Below, piece after piece: positions 25,201 to 35,269 of a stretch of DNA of 64,000 bases. The notes under the pieces were generated by a model. That model made no database searches and was not told where the DNA came from. It saw only the letters and a list, made by a program, of their open reading frames with translations. Where the stretch lies: the NCBI GenBank assembly GCA_001599295.1, contig BCGN01000002.1, positions 558,001 through 622,000 of the forward strand. The letters run 5' to 3'. Made by a program: the position numbers and the translations under genes. Every line of letters begins with the position of its first letter. Within the stretch, counting starts at the first letter, position 1. The DNA comes from Sporopachydermia quercuum (Eukaryota).

Positions 25201-25745
25201 ACCACTAATAATCGAATTAATTTATCAATTCCATTGACAATGAAGTAGCCACCTAACTCTTCACTCTCTTCTCTAGCTTCAATTAACTGAGAAGGAGACA
25301 TTCCTTCTAAATGGCATCTATTACTCTTGAGCATAATAGGTAATAGGCCACCTTCTCTAACGTCAACGATTTCGGGATCATCATTAACTTTGATAACTGT
25401 TTTCAACAACAATCTGCCTTTGTATGAGATCATTCTTTCACGGCATTCACTTGGAAATGTTCTTCTATTAACAGTAAGCTTATCGGAGCTACTTGGTGCT
25501 GGCTTTGCAATTTGAACTGAATCGATTTTAATGCTCAATCTATTCCCGGCGCTATCAAATACAACCTTCTCACCAATATCCTTAACTGCAAGGCCTAACA
25601 AACCACCATTGGGCTCTGTGAGTGCATTGAATGATCCAATATGTGGTTCTACTGCTTCTTGTAGCAAAGGATACGCTGATTTATCTTTTGGAGGGTCTCG
25701 GAACATCCGCTCCCTTTTCAATGTATTAAATGACGCAACTGGCAT
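22233..25745 (-). CDS. RPA135: RNA polymerase I second-largest subunit
   Basis: [59 protein letters not shown], C-terminal zinc ribbon. Confidence 0.97.
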   Translation of the reverse strand: [1170 protein letters not shown]

Positions 25746-25911
25746 TGTTAAACATAATTATCAATCAATGCTCAGTAGTAGGTTAATAGAATTACCTTCC
25801 TGTTCACTAATTGCATCAATTTTGATACTTTGATTGGTATCCCAACAATAACTTCATGTACTAAATCATCCATGGATGATGATGCTTGATAAGACGTTAC
25901 AAAGGCTATAA

Positions 25912-26095
25912 AAAAATTTTATCACCAAAATGAAAAAAAAAAAAAATGAATAGAGGAGGGAGATAGAAAGAGCTCGAGAATGCCCTGTGTACTCAATGGG
26001 AGGAGACGTTAAGATATAATTAGGTTACCCGGAATACAAGTGACAATGTATGTAAAAAGTATTGGAGGTGGAAGGGATATACGATATGAGATGAG
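25912..26095. promoter_or_regulatory. RRPE-like (AAAAATTTT 25912-25920) and PAC-like (GAGATGAG 26088-26095) elements upstream of RPA135
   Basis: Both motifs lie 170-350 bp upstream of a ribosome-biogenesis gene, their known target class. Both are short motifs. Confidence 0.45.
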
Positions 26096-29000
26096 TTGAG
26101 TTGAGTTGAGATTTGAAGTGGATTATCGACTGACTTATTCATGTGTGAGAATGAAGTGAGATTTATTATGTCTTGGTTTGATAGAGATATCTTTGGATTG
26201 TATGAATTGTATGGACTATCTCATTATTGCTTGATCCTGCTTATNTGATATTTGGTAAGGTTTTGATTGTAAACTGAGGAATTGACAGAGGCATCAACTC
26301 AGTTGGCTTTTCGTTGTGCCAAGGGCTGACGGTCAATTGATAGGGGATGGAGGATGAAATACTTTATCAGTTATAGGAAAACACATTGTGCAACAAGAGC
26401 TTTTTTGATCCTAATTACATTTCTATATATCTTCATATGATAACTGGAATTAAGAAAGCCAGTAGAACTTTGATCTGTTATCTTGTATGATCATCTGATA
26501 CTAACTCGAACCACCAACTACTTCCCACAGTCATTATCTCTCCTATGGACATTGACCATTGTGGGGTTTGCTTTACTTGGATCCTAGACCAGACATTACA
26601 AAATAATCAGTACTGTGGCTTTAGTAAGCACTTCAATAAGAGTTAAACGGAAGTCAAACGGAAATCTATTTATTATCTACTGCACGTGGAAGATCTCTCT
26701 CTGATTCAGCGGAACGGCACCATTTACCGTATGGTTCCTTCTATTGACAGATTTATTGCTTCCCTTCTACTATTTCTTTTTTAGAGCTCGTTTGTAAGGC
26801 CTCACTTCATTTCTATCTCTCAATTGAGTTTTCGAATACGAGCAAAAACAGCAGAACTGTTCAAGGTAATTCTCTCAATAGATCCAGTTACTTGCAAAGG
26901 AATATAACTTAAATCCCAAATAATAATAACTAATAATAGTATTAAATACCTGATTTGCAATTGAAAGACTCCCGCCGCAGTTTAGCTACATCAAATAGTC
27001 TCCATCCATGGTTTTCTATCAAATCTTTCAACCGATCGATAGCTGATAATATTCTTGGAACGAAGTAGTAATTCCCTTCTCGACTTATTCTATCCCAATT
27101 TACATCAAATTCAAGGAAGCTAGTTACCTTTTTGGGATTCTTNTATACCTTGATGTATTCGATACCCCATTAGTCCTTTTATATCGATAACCAACTGTAC
27201 TACCTGTCTGGTACTTGCAATTTATTGAGGGTCAATTTTTGCCCTTTTGATCAAGTTGACTCAATTCTTATTAACGTTTCAGCTAAAGGCATATCTGAGT
27301 ACAAAAGATGAAATCTGCTTTATAATCTTAATTTTAGCTTAAACTTTATTTTTATTCATACTTTACTTAATTCATTCATCATTGAACAATAGATTCTCAT
27401 TCTACAATGAATAGACAGACTGATGACTGTTTTGATAGAATAAAGAAACTGTTTATTGTAAGAAACAGCTCCAGTAACGAGAACTACTAGACAAAAGGTG
27501 TATCTCTAAATTGTCACAAAAGAAAAAGAAAAAAATCAAGAAATTTTTTTCTACCAATTTTTTTGGTGATTCCAACTTTTTCAGTAAAAGCAGAGGAGAA
27601 TCACAGCTATTTCAGTAGCATATGAGAGCAAATTCTTGAAACTTTGTAATACAAATTCAATTCATACAATCATATAGACTAACTTGTTTTACATATAAAA
27701 CGGAAAANAAGAAAACATATATTGTTTATCTTCATTTGGAGCTATTTATTGTTTACTGATTATTCACTGTTTGATCGGATAAATGACAAGGAGTATTGAA
27801 ATGTTCAAACTATTGGAGATCGAATTATGCTGAAATATGTGTAGACAATACTTGATAGTCAATGTTTCCTTCTAGAATACAATTCAGCCAAAATAGGTAT
27901 CAAGGTAACAATCTACTTGTCGATTGTAATTCACAATAAAAGGAGGTTAGAAATACCAAAACCTGATGGAATCAACCAATGGAATTTCAAGAGATCGTAT
28001 AAGCTTGTGTTTTATCATCGATCAAAGGTCAGTTAACGATCATTTCAGTTTTTCAAGATAGCCATTAACAAGTATTCCTCATACTTCAGCTGACATGTAA
28101 TTATATAAGATAAATAATAATAAATAATTATATAAATGTCAGTGTCAATCAGATGCTGGAGCATAAAAAGGGATTACAACAGTCGTATCGAGAGACATTT
28201 TTTTCATGCCAATATTTGTCGAATCAAGTAATCGTATTATATTCGTATCGATTAACAAGCGATCCAAAAGAACACGTTACTGATGAAAATGAAAACAACT
28301 ACCCTACTAAAATGTTAATTAAATCTTTCTTTGAATAGGCTTGAAGATGACAACCAATAATCTGAAAAAAGATCTATCCAATTCCACCTGTTCTACAGAT
28401 AGGAAATGGTGAATAATTCGATCATTTTGCTAGTAATTTTCACTGGTTTGACGTTCAAGTTTCATCGATCTAAGACAACTCTAACTATTAAGTTTGAAGC
28501 TAATCAAATAACTCTACCAAATTTTGTAGGAGAATTCCAAACTATAATTGACATTAGCTGGAGTTTTCGCTTAGAAGTTCCGAATACCGTTGAGCAGATG
28601 TATAGTTTTGCGAGAAGAAATCCAAAATAATAGTAAAGGTTGGAGTACTGATATTGCGAAGGGTGTTGTTGCAGTTGAGGTTTGCTCTTTGACTTTTCCG
28701 TGAGATAACTGCCCCTAACTTCTTCTAAGGCTGATATCAATAGGGGCCGATTGGTACTTAGTATTACTTTCACCTTTCAGATATCTATAGGCAATTTAGC
28801 ATAATTCATCCAAGTTTATGCATCATAAGTTGAACAGATCGAACTAAACAAAGCAAGAACCACCTGCTCGAGCAGAATTAATCAGTTTTAAATTGATGGC
28901 TCCCTAAGTATTCTCACATAAACCTAAAATCCCAATTCTAACTTAAATTGTCCAAAAGTGAACAGTTCTTATTCCTTTCCTGCTTCTTTTCGCCTTCAGT

Positions 29001-29854
29001 TGTTCTTCATAGCCAAAATAAGAGGACGAAAACAATGATAAACCCAGTATTAAACCAAGTTCTCCTTCAATCAGAACCTAATCTCAGACAATATATATCG
29101 ATCTATTTTCTCCATAGCAATTTCCTTTCTCCTCGATAAAAACAACTATTCTTTCCATCTTCGTAGTAGTACTCGTACTCGTATATCCCATTTTCACTAC
29201 CAACTACTTTTTCGTTACATAATNTTACAACAACAACTCTTCCTCTTTCTATTGTTCTCTCATTTTGTTAGGATTATTATCAGATCGTGCTGCTATCGAC
29301 TCTTCTTTCAAATCAACTGCATCGCATCCTCTCCATCGAAACCTGTCAACTCAAATCAACTCAAGAACGATTATTTGTTGACATAATCATTTATTTCTCA
29401 TAAAGAATAGAGTTCCAATCTTGGCCTAAGGTTCTGCAAACTACTCCATCATACTTGAAATAGAAAGAAAACTCTATTTCTGGTCTTTCTTCCACTACGA
29501 AATTACCTCCCAGTTAAATAAATAGACAACTAAAGGCGATTACCATTTGTTTACATCGCAGGAAGGATTGATTGCTGGAAAGATAGCAGATTATCGCAGG
29601 AAACTCAAGCAACAAGACATATATATGTCTATTGAAACGGAGATTTCAATAGAAATAACAGATATCCAAACAGGATTTAATCTGTTTGGTGGTTCTTTAA
29701 ATGTAAAGGACTTTTTAAAAGGGCTGTGAAAACAAACCCCTCAAAGGGTGGATCAAGAAGAACAAGATTGAATAAGAGGAGAACGTGATTCGACCAGACA
29801 ATCTATCCTTTAAAGCGGTATTCTCACTGCTTCTCATTGTTATAACTTNAATTG

Positions 29855-29860
29855 ACGCGT
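29855..29860. promoter_or_regulatory. MCB element (ACGCGT) upstream of SWE1
   Basis: Exact ACGCGT about 90 bp before the ATG of a G1/S-regulated gene; CG-containing hexamers are uncommon in this AT-rich intergenic DNA. Confidence 0.4.
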
Positions 29861-29950
29861 TGATTTAGGGCTCCAACAGAATATATCAAGAAGTATACCC
29901 TTTGAACTGTACGTCATAGACACTTAAACATAATCNCAACGTTTTGCCTC

Positions 29951-32900
29951 ATGATGCAGAACTTGTACGAAGAGCCTTCTAATGGCTCCGATGTTCCAAA
30001 TCGACATATAAATAAGCCAAAAAAACATTTGAGGTCTTCAACGAATAGTTCCACTTCAACAACGTCCAATAAACCTTCTATAAGGCGTTCTAATGGTCTT
30101 TTCAACCTGGACATAGCTACAAAGATCTCTCCAAAGAAAACGCCTCTGCTTGACATTTCAAACCACGCTGACAATCCTAATAGGAAAGGAAGACTCAAGA
30201 AGTCATCACATTCACATTCGTTATCGGCATCGTTTAAATCAAATGAAGAGATCACAACTCCTCAGAAACCTCCAAAGGTAACAATGCCAGCTACAATAGC
30301 TCATCCTACTAGTTATTTTTATCCTAACCCAGAGTTTAGTCTTCCTGCACCTAAATCACCTACAAAATCAAGAATTCCTGCGTCGTCATTAGATCCAAGG
30401 CATACAAAGAAGTCTTTTCTGTTTAATTTGCCATCGCCTTCTTGCGATAGCTCGCTTCCTAAACATAAACCGCACACTAAAGCTCTTCCTATGAAGAGAA
30501 GACTGAGAACGAATATTCCATCAGATTCAGATATATTTGACAGAACCACAATATCAAGNTCAGCTTATGATACACCGAATAATACAACTGTCCTATCACC
30601 GAATGATGCTACTATTAGTATCAATAGAAACCAGTTCAAAGCTCATGACAATACTAGTGATCATCTGCACCATAATCATCATGATCCTAATCATAACCCA
30701 GATATAGATTATAATCCTCTCAATAACTCTCATAATCACACTACAGATCAAGACTTCCTGACACCAAACCAAGGTCCCCACAGCTATCGCTTGGTTAAGC
30801 CTCTACAAACAGCTTTCATGTCTTCGGGATTACTATCAAAGCTCAATAGGAAAAGTCAACCACCTATAAGCTCAGTGAAAGCTGATGGCAACTCTTCCAA
30901 TATAAGCATTCATCCACCAGAAACTCCTTGCAAGAAATCAAATAACTTATTCTCTTTAAGCACAACAGTTGGTGCTTCATTATCACCTTCTCCTGGGCTA
31001 CCATTCTCTGTTGCACAGTCTAAGAGGTCCAAGTCGAATCTCAACGTCAGCGTTTCAGCAATTGAAGTTTCAGCCGACCGCGACGCTGATGGGGACTCGA
31101 TTATGTCTGGTATAGAAAAAGACTCTCCTTTAGCTAACAGCAATATGAATAGAGCTATCAATAATTGTAAAATTGCCTCCGATGTTAACTGCAACAGCAC
31201 GAATGACATCAATACATCATCAATGACTGTTCTTGGTGATCGAATGGAAATTGACATTGACGCTGAAGAAGAAGCTTTTTCAAGGTACGTTTCTGATCAA
31301 TTCAGTCTTGACTCACCAGCTACCCCTACTAAAGACGAAGCAACTGCTAAAAAGAAACATAAGAGTAATAAAAATCAGCACAATCCTTATGCTTGGTTAG
31401 ATCCTTCTCCTTCCAAAATGTCCACTCCTTTACAGCAGCCTGTTGATTCTAGTAATTTAAACAACAAGAATATCAGCAAGAATATTATTATCACCAATAC
31501 TAATTATATTAACTCTGGGAAAACACCAAAGGGCATCAACACCATCAAATCCAAGCTCACTAACTATTTCCACAAGAATGACTCAACCACTTTACCTCCT
31601 CCTAATCCTNCATTCTCTCAGAAATCCCAGAGACCGAATCTACAGGTTTCTGTTAGAAGATCGTCTTCTGTTTCATCTATTGTTAATGATGGTAGTAGCA
31701 CAGGAAGTACTCCGGGAGTGTATGCTCTTGGAGGTCATGCCGGTTCAAGTTCACCAGCAAAGACGCCGAAAACACCATCAGAGAGACTGAACAGGTTTTT
31801 AGCTCATACATCAAATGGTCCTGATGCTGTAGATGAACCTATTGATGAAAGTTTGTGTGCTAGATTTGACGATGTAGCATTAGTAGGNAAGGGTGAATTC
31901 TCATTAGTATACATAGGACATACTAAACGGTTATCAGGAGGATCTCAAGCTACAGGATTGCCTACGAAATATGCTATTAAAAGGAATAAACATCCTTGGA
32001 GTGGTCCTAAGGCCCGGCAAAGACTATATGAAGAGGTAACTTGTTTAGGAAAACTAATGAATCCCATATTTGCTAGGCATAAAGCTGAATTCATATTGAA
32101 CCAACAGACGTATACTGAAGAAGTCCCAGACGAAGGAAGAGAGTATATAATAGATTTTGTTGATTCGTGGGAAAATCGTTTGGAAAAACATTTATACATT
32201 CAGACTGAGTTCTGTGAGAATGGAACTTTGGCTCAGTTCTTAGCTGAACATGGCCAGTTTTCTCGTTTAGATGAATGGCGGGTATGGAAGATTTTGGTTG
32301 AACTAGCTACTGGTTTACAGTATATTCATAAAGAGCTGATTCTTCATTTAGACTTGAAACCAGCTAATATATTCATTACTTTTGAAGGGTCATTGAAAAT
32401 TGGCGATTTCGGGATGGCAACGGTGTACCCAGTTCCAGAAGATGGATTTGATAGAGAAGGAGATCGAGAATACATTGCTCCAGAGATCTTGTCGCATAGA
32501 AANTATGGACCACCAGCCGATATTTTCTCTCTAGGATTAATGATGTTGGAGATTGCTGCCAATATCGTATTACCAGACAATGGATTATCATGGCAGAAGC
32601 TACGATCAGGAGATTTAACTGATGCTGGCAGACTTTCCTCAGGAGACCTAAAGCTGGCTTTAGGAAAAGCAGGAAATGTTGGTTATAGCCATAGCCATAG
32701 CCATGGTAATAACCATAGTGCTACTGCAGAAGAGCATTCATCACCATTATCACCAAAATACAAGTGTCGAAGCGTTCCTAAGAATAGAAGTTTAGGATCT
32801 TCGTCTACAGCTAGTTCTGAGGATAATTTACGGTCGGCTTCATCAACAACGACGGTTTCTCAGGGAGATGGCTTGATGTTCAAACCCGGGGTGTCTGGAG

Positions 32901-33313
32901 ACGGTGATTTGGAACTAGGAGTTCCTAGCGGTACAGGAGCAGGAACGGGAGCAGGAACGGGAGCAGGTGTTGATGAGCTTAAAGCTAGATTTGCGACAGA
33001 TGAAACCGAGGTTTTAGAAGCAGCTGACTTGCATAGACGAAGAAAGAATAAGCAGTCATTGGCCAGCCTTTCAGAAGCTATCCCAGAATGGGCCCCTACN
33101 TTTATGACTGATGATTCTGGTACTTTAGACGAATTAGTTAAATGGATGTTGATGCCAGATCCAACGCAACGGCCTAGTGCTGAAGAGCTTGTTTTTAGAC
33201 CAGAATTACTNCTGGTAGAAGAAAGAAGACGTACAGGAGCCACCATTTATGAAGGAGACTTTGGACCACCACCTGAGGTTGAAGACGAGGATGAAGTAAA
33301 TTATGAGCTTTAG
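29951..33313 (+). CDS. SWE1: Wee1-family kinase Swe1
   Basis: LVKPLQTAFMSSGLLSK and PPETPCKK N-terminal motifs; kinase motifs GEFSLVY, HLDLKPANIFITFEGSLKIGDFGMA, EGDREYIAPE, LPDNGLSWQKLRSGDL; C-terminal GATIYEGDFGPPP. Confidence 0.95.
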   Translation: MMQNLYEEPSNGSDVPNRHINKPKKHLRSSTNSSTSTTSNKPSIRRSNGLFNLDIATKISPKKTPLLDISNHADNPNRKGRLKKSSHSHSLSASFKSNEEITTPQKPPKVTMPATIAHPTSYFYPNPEFSLPAPKSPTKSRIPASSLDPRHTKKSFLFNLPSPSCDSSLPKHKPHTKALPMKRRLRTNIPSDSDIFDRTTISXSAYDTPNNTTVLSPNDATISINRNQFKAHDNTSDHLHHNHHDPNHNPDIDYNPLNNSHNHTTDQDFLTPNQGPHSYRLVKPLQTAFMSSGLLSKLNRKSQPPISSVKADGNSSNISIHPPETPCKKSNNLFSLSTTVGASLSPSPGLPFSVAQSKRSKSNLNVSVSAIEVSADRDADGDSIMSGIEKDSPLANSNMNRAINNCKIASDVNCNSTNDINTSSMTVLGDRMEIDIDAEEEAFSRYVSDQFSLDSPATPTKDEATAKKKHKSNKNQHNPYAWLDPSPSKMSTPLQQPVDSSNLNNKNISKNIIITNTNYINSGKTPKGINTIKSKLTNYFHKNDSTTLPPPNPXFSQKSQRPNLQVSVRRSSSVSSIVNDGSSTGSTPGVYALGGHAGSSSPAKTPKTPSERLNRFLAHTSNGPDAVDEPIDESLCARFDDVALVXKGEFSLVYIGHTKRLSGGSQATGLPTKYAIKRNKHPWSGPKARQRLYEEVTCLGKLMNPIFARHKAEFILNQQTYTEEVPDEGREYIIDFVDSWENRLEKHLYIQTEFCENGTLAQFLAEHGQFSRLDEWRVWKILVELATGLQYIHKELILHLDLKPANIFITFEGSLKIGDFGMATVYPVPEDGFDREGDREYIAPEILSHRXYGPPADIFSLGLMMLEIAANIVLPDNGLSWQKLRSGDLTDAGRLSSGDLKLALGKAGNVGYSHSHSHGNNHSATAEEHSSPLSPKYKCRSVPKNRSLGSSSTASSEDNLRSASSTTTVSQGDGLMFKPGVSGDGDLELGVPSGTGAGTGAGTGAGVDELKARFATDETEVLEAADLHRRRKNKQSLASLSEAIPEWAPXFMTDDSGTLDELVKWMLMPDPTQRPSAEELVFRPELXLVEERRRTGATIYEGDFGPPPEVEDEDEVNYEL

Positions 33314-35269
33314 GGTATAATTAGCNGTTTGAACGGAAACAATGAGCTGTTTCTTGAGAAATTAGAATGAGAATTGGAATAAACTGAAGTACAGAAGAGT
33401 AAAGTAGTAGAATATGGAAAGGTTAGGTATGGGAAGGTTATGATATGATTTGAATGCTATGAATGCAATTGCTTACGAGCGGATCGATGTATCTTGGTTC
33501 ATTCATTCATTTATTATTAGTATTAGTATTATTGTTATTACAATTATTAGTTTTATGTTATATTTATGTTATATTTATGTTATTTATGTTATTATTATGT
33601 TTCATTATTATGAGTTTAGAGGAGGTTTTCTTGATTCTATTTCAGCAGTTCATATGGTTAATTAATGGTGTATTATGTGTACTATTTGTATAATAGCAAT
33701 CAATCATAAGTTCATCATGTTAGTATCAATATCAATGTAGAATGGAATAGACAGACGGTTATATTGAGTGCAAAACTCAGAAAGTGCTAAATCTTCTAAC
33801 AACAGTTAATGGTGTTGTTAGTTTCATTGTTTCATAAGGATATATAACAGTATAATGATAACAGAAGTTGTATTCGGAAGAATAGATGAGCAGCCGCCGG
33901 GAGTGGATAACAATTGCAGGAAGTAAACTGTTTTGGAATATCTGTTGACCAAGTAGTTTCCATATAATTTATTATATAATATAATATACTACTAGTGATC
34001 TCAGCTGAATAGTATTAATGCAAATTCTCTATCGTTGATCTGATCTTCTATGCCATTCATGTCAATTGGTGTCTCTGACTAATCAGAGTATTCTGAGCAC
34101 CCTTCAAAGGAACCACTCCGAATATTAGCAGTAGGGCAACAAACCAAGCAGAAAANGGATGATAGACTCTGATTGATCGGAAGTGATGAAACTGGTTGAA
34201 TCTGAGTGCGTAGAAGTATATGAGCAAATAGAAATATATTATGGTCTTCATTTCGTCTGATTTGATGAAGACGAAACATAATCGAAAGAGCGGTTTATCG
34301 CTGATATCTCTCGAATACCCCCAAGTGTTCAATCGAAGAACTACTTCTAATACTCCTAATTGGACTCTATCACATGCTACCATACGGCGCACAATCGACG
34401 AACAAGTACTGTGAAACCAGCTTGCTTGTAAATAACGTCAATAAAAGATAAACCAAAGGTCCTAGCAACCAAACCAAAACATCAATATTNTCCACACGAA
34501 ATTATGCTTACTCCTTTTCCACCAATCTACCTTTTACCTACCGAAGTCCCTTTCTCTAATCTACTTGAATCTCGCCTCAACCCCCCAAATCCAACCTGCA
34601 TTATCATCTCCTGAAACGCCCTTCAACCCACCTCCTCTCTTATCTCACCAGATTCATATCAGATTACATAATCGGTGAAAACCCGAAATTCCCCAGAACC
34701 CCCGTTTTCTTGAACCTTTTGGTCATTGGGGAACGACGACAAATATTATCCACAAAGGTTGCCTGATTGACTGTTCAATTGAATAGATAAATAGATACGT
34801 CCCTCAAAAGATATGCAGTATCAAATACTTGGAAGATAGTGCTTTAGATGGATACATATTTACCTGGGAAGAATATTACTGTAAAAGTATCAAATAGTGC
34901 TACTACTTTTGTATCTGTATCCTAGTGCCCTGTGGTTTGAAAGTTATCGGTGACCGAAAGATTTGATGATAACAGGAACAAATTCTCAGCATTTAAAGCG
35001 GAAACTTATATTACTTTGTTTAGGACCAAATTTGGAGGCTGTCTAACGTTTTAAAGGATCTTTATAATAAACAATCCTACTGCTAGTGCTATTCGTTAAT
35101 TCTGAGAAAAGCTAATAGTAAACAGAGTGGAGCGAAAGAAGCGAAAGAACCGAAAGAGAGTGAGAAGCGAGAGAGAGCGCCAGACTTATAAAAAAGGTCT
35201 CTTAAGCATAATAACAAGTCAATTGAAACAAAACACTCACTTCTAAGTAACNAAATATATTTTGAAACA

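Noticed and set aside
32929..32968. GGAGCAGGAACG tandem repeat
   Set aside because: Coding low-complexity (GTGA)n repeat inside the Swe1 kinase insert; not a separate element.
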